A stretch of DNA of 62,961 bases, taken from Anaerolineae bacterium (GTDB lineage: Bacteria; Chloroflexota; Anaerolineae; Anaerolineales; UBA4823). Positions within the stretch are counted from its first letter, which is position 1, and the number at the start of each line of letters is the position of its first letter. Below, in pieces: positions 19,196-28,345 of this stretch. The stretch spans positions 1-62,961 of the forward strand of contig JBFYSV010000198.1 of assembly GCA_041301185.1 (NCBI GenBank), read 5' to 3'. The notes under the pieces were generated by a model. That model ran no database searches, was not told the DNA's origin, and saw only the letters and a program-made list of their open reading frames with translations. Made by a program: the position numbers and the translations under genes.

Positions 19196-20341
19196 TTATT
19201 TGTAGTACAGGTAGGACTTGACGCCTTCGCCCAGATAGGTTTTCCAGACGATAAAGTTGTTTTCGTCATTCCAATCCAGGTCGCCGTCAAACATCACGTG
19301 CAGGTGATTGTTGTTAAAGATCAGGTAGCCCTGGTTGTCAAAGGCCATCCCGTCTACCCAATTCATCAGCTTGTCGGTGATGAATGGGCTGAAGGTGCGC
19401 TTTACCGGATCGTAAATCCCGATGCCCATGCCCTCCAGCATGGTGTAATAGATCAGCCCGCGGTTGTCTGCCCCCATACCATCTGTGTTAGTGCCCTTAT
19501 CACCCAGATCCTGGACGGCTTTCTCAATCTCTTCTCCCGGGATGGTGTAATCTTGCAATAAAGCGGTATCCAAAGCATACAGGTTACGCCCGGTTAGGGG
19601 GCACCAGTAGACGGTCTTGCGATCGGCAGACAGGGTGATCCCATCCGCGCCGGTGCGATTCGGGCGATCTTTCCAGGCTGGTCTCCCGGCGATCTTAAAC
19701 CAAAAGCCGGGGGCATCCTGGGTGCTCACGTGCTGGTGCAGAACCCGCCGGAATTGCTTGGTGCGCATGTTATAGACGATCAAACCACCCTGCAATGGAT
19801 CGGTAAAAATGCCCGAATCAGCAATGTAGATAAAACCATTGGCATTATCGACAACCAGATCGTTCAGGAATGAGGCCGTGAAATCTGCAATCTCGCTGGG
19901 TACCGGGACCGAATCAATCAGCTCGTTCCTGGTCATGTCCCAGCAAACAAGTTTTTGATCACCTTCCTTGCAGGGTGCTCCGTTGATATGGCCCTGATCC
20001 AGGAACCAGGCCCGGTTGTACTCGTCGATTTCCCAGCCCAAGACGGATTGCAGTGCTGCAGGATCGCCAACTTTGTTCATCTCCCAGGTGGGGTAGGCAG
20101 ACAGGATTGCCTTTCCATCGACCATTTCGATCTTGTTTACGGTTGCCGGGATTCCAAGCACCCAGCGCGGCACGGACAGATAATAATTACCGGCGTGGTC
20201 CACCTTGAAGCCGGCCGGCATCGCGCCTTTCCAGTACTCTTTTTCGTAGAATTCCTTTTTCATTTCCTCGTCCTGGAAGGACCACTCCAGGCGATTCCAC
20301 TTGATGATGGCTTCATATTCTCCGATTTTTCTTGCAGACAT
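19196..20341 (-). CDS. Major royal jelly protein/yellow family six-bladed beta-propeller, no signal peptide
   Basis: YLSVPRW..GIPAT, LQSVLGWEID...WFLDQG, FLNDLVVD, YIADSG, GADGITLS, TDGM..D, WVDGM. Confidence 0.8.
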   Translation of the reverse strand: MSARKIGEYEAIIKWNRLEWSFQDEEMKKEFYEKEYWKGAMPAGFKVDHAGNYYLSVPRWVLGIPATVNKIEMVDGKAILSAYPTWEMNKVGDPAALQSVLGWEIDEYNRAWFLDQGHINGAPCKEGDQKLVCWDMTRNELIDSVPVPSEIADFTASFLNDLVVDNANGFIYIADSGIFTDPLQGGLIVYNMRTKQFRRVLHQHVSTQDAPGFWFKIAGRPAWKDRPNRTGADGITLSADRKTVYWCPLTGRNLYALDTALLQDYTIPGEEIEKAVQDLGDKGTNTDGMGADNRGLIYYTMLEGMGIGIYDPVKRTFSPFITDKLMNWVDGMAFDNQGYLIFNNNHLHVMFDGDLDWNDENNFIVWKTYLGEGVKSYLYYK

Positions 20342-20384
20342 GGCTTTTTCTCCTGGGATAATATGATCTCGTCTGTTCTAAATG

Positions 20385-21212
20385 TCAGTGTTTTCTATCT
20401 CTCTGCATCCAATGTTGATAAAAATCTTGCGCATTCTCAAAAACCGCAGCAGGTTGAGCTGTCCCATTATCAGGATGATAGGAGGGCGTTAATGAAGATA
20501 GCACCAGGAATGGCCGAATCCCGGCATTTACGGCACCCTGGATATCGATTTCGGGTTGGTCGCCCAACATACCCGTCCTGCTGGCCTCGCTACCCAGGCG
20601 TTCCAATGCCATCTGAAAACCCGGCAGGGCTGGTTTGCCGGTTACCCGCGCCCGGACGCCGGTGGTGGCTTCCAGGGCAGCCTGCACAGCCCCAGAGGCC
20701 GGCACCACCTGCTCGCCGTCGGGGTAGCTGGGGTCTGGATTGGAGCTGATAAAGTGGGCTCCGGCACGGATCGCCAGGGCAGCCGATTTGAGCTTCTCGT
20801 ATGTGAGCTGGCGGTCCATGCCGATTACTACGTAGCTGGCGGCTTGATAGTTACTCTGGGTGACCCCGAAACCACGCTGCTCCAACGCTTCGATCAAGCC
20901 CGACTCGCCAATCACATAACAAACTGTACCCGGCTCAGCTTCAGCAGCTAATACTTGCGCGGTCACGCGCGCCGCAGTCAATAATATATCTTGTGGATTC
21001 GGCACACCCAGGCGAGACAACTTCTCGACGTGGTGTTGAAACGTGTAAGTGGTATTGTTGCTCAAAAAAAGATAGGGCGTGTCGCGCTGGTTGAGATGGG
21101 CAATTAAATCAACCGCTCCGGGCAGAACACGACCGCCCTCATATAAAACTCCATCAATATCAATGATCAGGGCATCGATTTGCTGCAGGTGGTGAAGGCG
21201 CTGATCAGGCAC
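20385..21212 (-). CDS. HAD-IIA (NagD-like) hydrolase/phosphatase
   Basis: DIDGVLY, FLSNN, NPD, GKP, MLGDQPEIDI; probable GTG start at 21212. Confidence 0.9.
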   Translation of the reverse strand: MPDQRLHHLQQIDALIIDIDGVLYEGGRVLPGAVDLIAHLNQRDTPYLFLSNNTTYTFQHHVEKLSRLGVPNPQDILLTAARVTAQVLAAEAEPGTVCYVIGESGLIEALEQRGFGVTQSNYQAASYVVIGMDRQLTYEKLKSAALAIRAGAHFISSNPDPSYPDGEQVVPASGAVQAALEATTGVRARVTGKPALPGFQMALERLGSEASRTGMLGDQPEIDIQGAVNAGIRPFLVLSSLTPSYHPDNGTAQPAAVFENAQDFYQHWMQRDRKH

Positions 21213-21216
21213 CGCA

Positions 21217-21975
21217 CTACCAGGCAAGCCAGCCTCCGTCCACGGCGAGATCTGCTCCGTGAATATAGTCGCCAGCTTCAGAGGCAAGCAGTACCACCGC
21301 TCCCTGCAAGTCCTCGGCGGTGCCCCAGCGCTTGGCAGGCATGCGCGCTTCCAGGTTGAATTTGGGATTTCCCACCAGGGGGTCGGTCAGGTCGGTATGC
21401 ATATATCCAGGAGTGATGGAATTGACATTCACGCCTTTTGCTGCCAGATCGTTGGCTAACGCCTTGGTGAACCCAAGGATGCCGTGCTTTGAGGCGGTAT
21501 AACCAGGGACTATCGTCCCACCTTGATGGGAAAGGAGAGAAGCGATGTTAATGATCTTCCCCCCGCCCTGTTTCACCATCTGGCGGGCGGCAGCCTGAGC
21601 CAGGAACCAGGGAGCGATCAGGTTGGTTTGCAGGGTGTCGTTCCAATACTGTGCGGGGTAATCCAGCACATTCTCGCGCGGGCAAATCCCAGCATTATTG
21701 ACCAGGATGTCAACTCGACCCCATTCCGAAACAACCTCATCGATCAGCCGGGTAAAATCCTCGGGAGTGGCGGTGAGCAGATCGACCTGCTTCCACATAT
21801 GGCGGCGCCCCAGGGCTTGGACTGCCTGGCGAGTCTCGATAGGGTCATTGCGGTCAAAGCTGACTATATCCGCACCGGCCTCCGCCAGCCCGATCGCCAT
21901 GCCTTTGCCGAGGTTCCGCCGACTGCCGGTTACAATTGCGATTTTTCCATCCAGGCGAAATTTATCCAGTATCAT
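21217..21975 (-). CDS. SDR oxidoreductase, KduD-like (2-dehydro-3-deoxygluconate 5-dehydrogenase family)
   Basis: DILVNNAG, KIINIASLLSHQGG..VPGYTASKHG, NSITPGY, AVDGGWLA; start ATG 21975. Confidence 0.85.
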   Translation of the reverse strand: MILDKFRLDGKIAIVTGSRRNLGKGMAIGLAEAGADIVSFDRNDPIETRQAVQALGRRHMWKQVDLLTATPEDFTRLIDEVVSEWGRVDILVNNAGICPRENVLDYPAQYWNDTLQTNLIAPWFLAQAAARQMVKQGGGKIINIASLLSHQGGTIVPGYTASKHGILGFTKALANDLAAKGVNVNSITPGYMHTDLTDPLVGNPKFNLEARMPAKRWGTAEDLQGAVVLLASEAGDYIHGADLAVDGGWLAW

Positions 21976-22000
21976 TTTAGCGTCCTCCTCAAGATATGGT

Positions 22001-22759
22001 TTAGCGCGCCAGGAATCCGCCATCCACCGGCAGCAGGATGCCGTGCACATAATCCGATGCCGGCGAAGCCAGGAAGATCAATGCCCCTACCAGGTCCTCC
22101 GGCAAACCCCAGCGACCGGCAGGCACCCGGTCCATGATCAGTTTGTTGCGGTCTGGATCTTCCATGAGTGGGATGTTCATCTCGGTCGCCATGTAGCCGG
22201 GTGCGATGGCATTCACATTCACCCCCTTGCTGGACCACTCGTTAGCCAGGGCTTTGGTCATCTGGGCGACCCCGCCCTTGCTGGCTGCATAGCCAACCGT
22301 CAGGTAGCCGCCGCCAAAACTCAGCAGCGAGGCGATATTGATGATCTTGCCATGCCCCTGCTTTAGCATGGATTGCCCGGCAAGCTGGGCCATGAAAAAG
22401 AGCGAGTTCAGATTGACTTCCAGGACGATGTCCCAGTCCGCTTGGCTCATTTCCTCTGCCTTGCTCCAGCGAGTGATGCCTACATTGTTGAGCAAGATGT
22501 CCAACCCGCCCAACCCGTCCACTGCCTGTTGGAATGCTTTGCGTAGCTCATCCCGGTTGGAAAGGTCTGCCTGAACGGCAAAGACCCGCCCGCCATGGGC
22601 GCCTATCTGCTTGGCGACATCGTGGACACCCTCCAGCACGTCGATCAGGGCAAGCTCAACTCCGGCATCAAACAACCCTTGTGCCATGCCTCTCCCCAGG
22701 CCGCGTGACGCTCCGGTAACGATGGCTTTCTTCCCGGCAACAGAAAACATATCGGTCAT
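22001..22759 (-). CDS. SDR oxidoreductase, KduD/gluconate 5-dehydrogenase-like
   Basis: TGASRGLG, KIINIASLLSFGGG, YAASKGG, NAIAPGYMAT, VDGGFLAR. Confidence 0.88.
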   Translation of the reverse strand: MTDMFSVAGKKAIVTGASRGLGRGMAQGLFDAGVELALIDVLEGVHDVAKQIGAHGGRVFAVQADLSNRDELRKAFQQAVDGLGGLDILLNNVGITRWSKAEEMSQADWDIVLEVNLNSLFFMAQLAGQSMLKQGHGKIINIASLLSFGGGYLTVGYAASKGGVAQMTKALANEWSSKGVNVNAIAPGYMATEMNIPLMEDPDRNKLIMDRVPAGRWGLPEDLVGALIFLASPASDYVHGILLPVDGGFLAR

Positions 22760-22786
22760 GTCAATCCTCTCTGATCAGTTAAGTCC

Positions 22787-22798
22787 TTGATTGGAACA
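22787..22798 (-). promoter_or_regulatory. 12-bp motif TGTTCCAATCAA (copy 1), 28 nt upstream of the SDR start
   Basis: Identical to 29816-29827 and at the same offset from its ATG; overlaps the near-palindrome TGGAACA-C-TGTTCTA (22792-22806). Confidence 0.55.
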
Positions 22799-22831
22799 CT
22801 GTTCTACCAGATAACAGAGAACAGCCCTGCC

Positions 22832-23875
22832 TCAAGCCACCATGCAGTCCAGGTGGGCTTTCACCAGGTCTGGCTTGCCCTCTGCCACCATTGCCAGCGC
22901 TTGCGGCGCCATCGACAGGGGAAAGTAGTGGGTATTGATGGGCTTAACCTGGATTCTGCCCTGGCGAACCATCGCAATGACATCGTCGAATACCAGTGGG
23001 CCACCCAGCGAGCCAATCACGGTCAGCTCTTTGGGCATGATCGTATTCAGGTCGATGGTCTGCATCTCACCCTCGAACACGCCAGTGATCACCACCCGCG
23101 CCCGCGGCGCGGCCGCTCTCAACGCCAGAGTAGCACCCTCAGGGACGCCAGCCGATTCAATAACGACATTAAACCCCTCACCCCGGGTGACTTCCTGAAT
23201 AGCATCTTCCAGAGGTTGCTCCCCCAGGACAAAGGTCTCATCTGCCCCCATCTGGCGCGCCAGTTCTAGCTTGAATGGCTTGCGCCCAAAGGCGACCACC
23301 AGCTCCGCCCCGTGCAGGCGCGCCATCTGGCAAGCCACGATGCCTACCGTGCCTGCCCCGATAATCCCCACCCGGTCGCCGGGGGAGATCCCCCCCCGCT
23401 GGCAAATCCATTCGCCCACCGTGAATGGCTCAACCAGCGCCCCCTCCTGGTAGGAGAGATCGTACAGGTGGTGAGCGTGCGTGTAAGGAGCCACCAGGTA
23501 TTCGGCGTAGGCGCCATCCCGGTTGAATACTCCAGTCTCTACCCGGTCTGGGCAGATATTCCCCAATCCTTGCCGGCACAAGGAGCACTTACCACAGCCA
23601 ATGCCGCATTGACCGGTGACGCGATCGCCAACCTTAAAACCCTGGACGTCAGCCCCTACCTCAACCACTTCCCCGGCCCACTCATGGCCGGGGATGATCG
23701 GCAAGGAGGCGCCGCCAGAGCGATAGATACCCAGCTCCTGGCGGAACACCTCCACATCGCTGTGGCAGATCCCAACCCGGTGGACACGCACCAAAAGCTC
23801 GTCCGCTTTGGGTACCGGCTCAGGCGCATCGGTATAAATGGCTTGCTCATAACCGATAATGTGAATGGCTTTCAT
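22832..23875 (-). CDS. Zinc-dependent medium-chain alcohol/polyol dehydrogenase
   Basis: GICHSD, GHEWAG, CGIGCGKCSLC...C, GAGTVG; start ATG 23875. Confidence 0.92.
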   Translation of the reverse strand: MKAIHIIGYEQAIYTDAPEPVPKADELLVRVHRVGICHSDVEVFRQELGIYRSGGASLPIIPGHEWAGEVVEVGADVQGFKVGDRVTGQCGIGCGKCSLCRQGLGNICPDRVETGVFNRDGAYAEYLVAPYTHAHHLYDLSYQEGALVEPFTVGEWICQRGGISPGDRVGIIGAGTVGIVACQMARLHGAELVVAFGRKPFKLELARQMGADETFVLGEQPLEDAIQEVTRGEGFNVVIESAGVPEGATLALRAAAPRARVVITGVFEGEMQTIDLNTIMPKELTVIGSLGGPLVFDDVIAMVRQGRIQVKPINTHYFPLSMAPQALAMVAEGKPDLVKAHLDCMVA

Positions 23876-23931
23876 CTTTATCACACCATTCCAGGCTCTG
23901 GCGAGGACGGGCACCTGCCCGAAGGTCACTG

Positions 23932-25026
23932 CTATTGTGGTCGAATTGCCTTTCCGGTCTGCAAATCAAAGAAGCGGATATAGGCAGGATTGAATTTCAA
24001 GTAGATCTTCTCGTGGCGGGCAGGCCTGAAAGCCGGTGTGGTCACTACCGTCAGGCGCAAATCGTCGATATCAAGGGAGACAGTACAGTTATCCTGCAGA
24101 TTCTCGCTCAGAAAGACCTCTCCTTGCAGATCGTACGGTTGCTGGGGATCGAGAGTCACGTCGATGTAAAACGGCCGGATACCCAGCTTGACCTGGGCAG
24201 GCATCTTCTGCCCGTAGGATTGCCAGTGCTCGGGTAAGACAACCATCTGGCCTTTCGTCTGGAACACCCATTTTTCATCCACTCTGGCAATCGACCCTTC
24301 GATGAAATTCATCGGCGGCTCTCCCACGAATCCAGCAACAAAGTCATCGGCAGGATGGTTATAAATCTCATCTGGGATCCCAATTTGGCGCACTACTCCT
24401 TCGTGCATGACCACGATGCGGTCAGCCAGCGCCATGGCTTCTTCCTGATCGTGGGTCACATAGATCATGGTATAGCCCAGCTCCATATGGATGTGCTTGA
24501 TGAACTGGCGCATGCGGTAGCGCTGGCGCGTATCGAGGTGGGAGATCGGCTCATCGAGCAGGAACACCGCCGGTTCACGAACCAGGGCGCGCGCCAGGCC
24601 AGCACGCTGCGCCTGTCCACCACTCAACTCAGAGGGCAAACTGTTCAGGATCGATTCCAGCTCCATACGGTGAGCGATATCACGCACCCTCTCATCCACC
24701 TTTTCGCTGGGCCAATTTGCTGAGCGCAATGGAAACGCGATATTCTCATAAATATTCAGCGTAGGGTAGAGGGCGTAGGTTTCAAATGCCATAGCAACAT
24801 TGCGATCTCGCGGGCGCACATCATTGACGGGCTTATCGTCGAATGAGATCGTTCCGGATGAGATCTCCTCCAGACCGGCGATCGAACGCATGGTCGAGGA
24901 TTTTCCGCATCCCGATGGTCCGAGCAGAGCAACAAATTCACCATCAGCAATCTCAAACGAGGCGCCGCGGACGGCCTTGACATCACCATAATTTTTAACA
25001 AAGTTATCAATATTTATTTTGGCCAC
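23932..25026 (-). CDS. CUT1 sugar ABC transporter ATPase (MalK-like)
   Basis: GPSGCGKS, LSGGQ, LLDEP, YVTHDQEEA, C-terminal TOBE domain. Confidence 0.93.
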   Translation of the reverse strand: MAKINIDNFVKNYGDVKAVRGASFEIADGEFVALLGPSGCGKSSTMRSIAGLEEISSGTISFDDKPVNDVRPRDRNVAMAFETYALYPTLNIYENIAFPLRSANWPSEKVDERVRDIAHRMELESILNSLPSELSGGQAQRAGLARALVREPAVFLLDEPISHLDTRQRYRMRQFIKHIHMELGYTMIYVTHDQEEAMALADRIVVMHEGVVRQIGIPDEIYNHPADDFVAGFVGEPPMNFIEGSIARVDEKWVFQTKGQMVVLPEHWQSYGQKMPAQVKLGIRPFYIDVTLDPQQPYDLQGEVFLSENLQDNCTVSLDIDDLRLTVVTTPAFRPARHEKIYLKFNPAYIRFFDLQTGKAIRPQ

Positions 25027-25037
25027 TTTCCACCTGC

Positions 25038-26171
25038 CTATGCATGAATATTGTTGTTCAACTTAACCTTCTGGCTCCGCATTGGATGGACTATCGCCTG
25101 TTCGTTATGGAACAGGTGGATATTCTCACCATCCATGGATAACCAGACCGTCTCGTTTACTTCAGGCCGGGTGGTAGGATCGACCACAACCCGGATGGTG
25201 CCGTCACCAACTTTCACACTGATAATATTGCAGTAACCCAAGGGTTCAATCACATCTACTGAGCCTGGTGTCTGGTGGCTATCGTCTTGCTGGCCGGTGA
25301 TGCTCAGCTCATTGGCTCGCACCCCCAGGCGGTAACCGGATAGATCGCCGTTCAGGCTTTGAGCTACCCGGGGTGAGATGGGCAGATGAATATCACTCCC
25401 TTGAATATGGAGTGCAGTGCGCCCATCACCCCGAACAGGCTCAACATCCAGAAAACTCATCGGCGGCTCGCCAACGAATGAGGCGACAAACTCATTCTGC
25501 GGCAAGCTGTAAATCTCCTGCGGCGTACCAACCTGCTCCAGGATGCCGTCTCTCAGGATCGCAATCCGGTCACCCAAAGCCAACGCTTCGCGCGACGCAG
25601 TGGTTACCAGAGCCACTGTAGCGTTCATATCCACCGCCATAGCCTTCAGCTCGGCGCGCATACGGTGGCGCAGCTTAGCATCCAGGTGACCGATTGGCTC
25701 GTCCAGCAGATACAGGCTGCTGGGGCGCACGATGGCACGACCCAGGGAGACACGCTGCCTCTGACCACCGCTTAAGAAGCCTGGGCGCCGATCAAGCAAA
25801 TCTGAGATCTGCAAGATGCGGGCAACCCGCTGAACCTGCTCCTCGATCTCCTGCTTACTATACTTGCTGGCTTTGAGGGGAAACGCCAGGTTTTCATAGA
25901 CCGACATGTGCGAATACAGGGCATAGTTCTCGAATGCCATAGCCATGTCACGGTTCTCGGGAGCCACATTTAGTAGTGAAACGCCATCTCGCAAAACGTC
26001 GCCCTGGGTCGGGCGCGTAATCCCGGCGATGATTCGCATGGTTGTCGATTTCCCTGCCCCGGCAGGTCCATAGACTACGAAAAATTCTTGATCTTGAATC
26101 TGCAGATTCAGATTGCGCAATGCAATCGTACTTTGTCCGTATATTTTGGAGACATTACGTAGCTCGATCAT
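25038..26171 (-). CDS. Second CUT1 ABC ATPase (degenerate H-loop)
   Basis: GPAGAGKS, LSGGQRQR, LLDEP; VTTASREA where VTHDQ.EA is expected. Confidence 0.9.
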   Translation of the reverse strand: MIELRNVSKIYGQSTIALRNLNLQIQDQEFFVVYGPAGAGKSTTMRIIAGITRPTQGDVLRDGVSLLNVAPENRDMAMAFENYALYSHMSVYENLAFPLKASKYSKQEIEEQVQRVARILQISDLLDRRPGFLSGGQRQRVSLGRAIVRPSSLYLLDEPIGHLDAKLRHRMRAELKAMAVDMNATVALVTTASREALALGDRIAILRDGILEQVGTPQEIYSLPQNEFVASFVGEPPMSFLDVEPVRGDGRTALHIQGSDIHLPISPRVAQSLNGDLSGYRLGVRANELSITGQQDDSHQTPGSVDVIEPLGYCNIISVKVGDGTIRVVVDPTTRPEVNETVWLSMDGENIHLFHNEQAIVHPMRSQKVKLNNNIHA

Positions 26172-26419
26172 TTTGCCTCCTGACCTGTTTGGTTAAGGGT
26201 TGCAATCTGAGCCTGTAGTGCTCGCCTTTCCTGGCGGACTTTGCGAATGCCAACAACAATCCGGGCAGCAGCCAATCCAACCGCAACGATGATCATCAGG
26301 ACTACTGATGTTTGTTGCGACGAGAAGAGCGGCTCAATGAATCTTAGCCAGATAATCCCAACGCCAATAAAGATCATGAAGGCTTGAAAAGCCACTTCCC
26401 ACATTTGCCAGAATACCAT
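26168..26419 (-). CDS. Small two-TM membrane protein within the ABC operon
   Basis: Two hydrophobic stretches; SD AGGAGA; stop overlaps the next start (ATGA). Confidence 0.75.
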   Translation of the reverse strand: MVFWQMWEVAFQAFMIFIGVGIIWLRFIEPLFSSQQTSVVLMIIVAVGLAAARIVVGIRKVRQERRALQAQIATLNQTGQEAK

Positions 26420-26432
26420 GTCTGCTCTCCTT

Positions 26433-27290
26433 TTAACCGCGTACGGCGCCAAACGTAAGCCCGCGAACCATGAAACGTTGCAGGATCAGAACAAAGAACA
26501 ACATCGGTGCGACGCTAAGTGCCGCCGCCGCTGCAACGGGTCCCCATAATACACCTCGTAAGGTGAAAAAGGACTCTACGCCAACCGTAATGGTCCTGGC
26601 TGCGTCACGCGTCAATATATAAGCAAAGAGAAACTCGTTCCAGGCAAAGATCAGGCAGAAGATGGCCGTGACTGCGATACCCGGCGCTGCCAGCGGTAAA
26701 ACAACCTTTCTTAGAACTTGCAAACGGTTATAGCCATTCAAGCGCGCCGAGTCCTCCAGCTCTGTGGGAATATCCTGGAAAAACGAGACCATCAACCAGA
26801 TGGCAAAAGGCAGGTTGAAGATGGTATAGCTGATCACCAGCGCGGCGCGTTTATCCAGGCCAATCCCCAAGGCTTCGCCAATCGGCGAGGCGCCGATATC
26901 GCGGAAGATCAGGAAAAACGGCAGCACCACGGCGATAGCAGGCATCATCTTGGTCGTCAGGATGAAGAACAAGATATTGCCCATGCCCACGTTGTAGCGG
27001 GCAAAGCTGTAGGCTGCCAGGGATGCCAGAATCACCACGAAAAATGTTGAGAGCAAGGAAACATACAGTGTGTTGCCGATAAACATGGCAAAGTTCGCCT
27101 TGCCCATCGCATAGATATAGTTCTCCAGGGTTGGCGTGAATACAAACCGCGGTGGAGATACCATAATATCGTTTGCCGGCTTGAACGAGGTCACGAGCAG
27201 CCAGGCAATCGGGAACACCGTCCAAAACAGGACGATCAAAATAATCCCGTAGCGCAAAATCTCAAGAGGAGTACTTCGTCTTTCCAACAT
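26433..27290 (-). CDS. Carbohydrate ABC permease (MalG-like)
   Basis: FQDIPTELEDSARLNG EAA-like loop, FAWNEFLFA. Confidence 0.93.
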   Translation of the reverse strand: MLERRSTPLEILRYGIILIVLFWTVFPIAWLLVTSFKPANDIMVSPPRFVFTPTLENYIYAMGKANFAMFIGNTLYVSLLSTFFVVILASLAAYSFARYNVGMGNILFFILTTKMMPAIAVVLPFFLIFRDIGASPIGEALGIGLDKRAALVISYTIFNLPFAIWLMVSFFQDIPTELEDSARLNGYNRLQVLRKVVLPLAAPGIAVTAIFCLIFAWNEFLFAYILTRDAARTITVGVESFFTLRGVLWGPVAAAAALSVAPMLFFVLILQRFMVRGLTFGAVRG

Positions 27291-27304
27291 GTCTAACTAC
27301 CTCC

Positions 27305-28252
27305 TTACTTGGCTGTAGCGCGACCGCCGAACATGTTCAGCAACGGTCGGAGGGCGAATAATGACGCTACGACTACAGCGTATAGGAACAGCAGCGCCAT
27401 GGTCGAGGCATAATCCATGCGGAAGAAGACCAGGCCTTGCCGGTAAAGATAGTAGGTCATGGTCTCCGTCGTCGAGCCAGGACCGCCGCGAGTGAGAACC
27501 GCTACAGCGTCATACAGGCGCAACGCATCGATGGTGCGTAAAATGATCACCAGGAACAAAACCGGCTTAAGCATGGGGAAGGTCAGCTTGCGCAATACCC
27601 GAAAATAAGGCGCGCCATCCAGCTCGGCGGCCTCAAATGGTTCCTTGGGCAACGCTTGCAAGCCAGCCATAACAATCAAAGCCACAAACGGCATCCATAA
27701 CCAGACATCGAACATGATCACCGCCCACAAAGCGACCTTAATATCGCCCAACCAGTTCGGCTGGGGTAGTCCCAACAAACCCAGGAAGTAGTTGTACAGA
27801 CCGAATTGGGTATCGTACAAATACCTCCAGAAGAGACCGGTCACTGCAGGGGCAGTCGCCAGCGGTAAGATCAGCAGGCTGCGGATAAGTCCCTTCGCCA
27901 CGGTCGCGCCATTGATCAGGAAGGCGACAAAGGTGCCCAGGACCACTTCGATGGAAACGGCAAAGAAGGTAAAGAACAACGTGGTACGCACCGACTCCCA
28001 GAAGAACTTATCAAACAGCACAGTGCGATAGTTATCCAGTCCAACGAACCCTTTGATACCGCCGGCTGTGAGATCGGCTAACTGAAAGGAGACATAGATC
28101 GCATAGAATAAAGGATACAGGGCAAAAAAGGCAATGATGATCATCGCCGGCAAGATCAGCAGGACAGAAAACCAGGCATCCGACATCGCCCTGCCTTGCT
28201 TCTTGGGTACAGAACGGGTGTCCTGGGGTGTGCTCATGGAAGTCGACGCCAT
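27305..28252 (-). CDS. Carbohydrate ABC permease (MalF-like)
   Basis: GLDNY, AGLQALPKEPFEAAELDGA, TRGGPG..TET; start ATG 28252 after AAGGAG. Confidence 0.93.
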   Translation of the reverse strand: MASTSMSTPQDTRSVPKKQGRAMSDAWFSVLLILPAMIIIAFFALYPLFYAIYVSFQLADLTAGGIKGFVGLDNYRTVLFDKFFWESVRTTLFFTFFAVSIEVVLGTFVAFLINGATVAKGLIRSLLILPLATAPAVTGLFWRYLYDTQFGLYNYFLGLLGLPQPNWLGDIKVALWAVIMFDVWLWMPFVALIVMAGLQALPKEPFEAAELDGAPYFRVLRKLTFPMLKPVLFLVIILRTIDALRLYDAVAVLTRGGPGSTTETMTYYLYRQGLVFFRMDYASTMALLFLYAVVVASLFALRPLLNMFGGRATAK

Positions 28253-28345
28253 AACGCTCTCCTTAGGCAAACAATTCCAATAATGTGATCCTGATTGGGA
28301 TGCGCTGTTAATGCGCATCCCAATCATTGTGAACATTACGTGATC

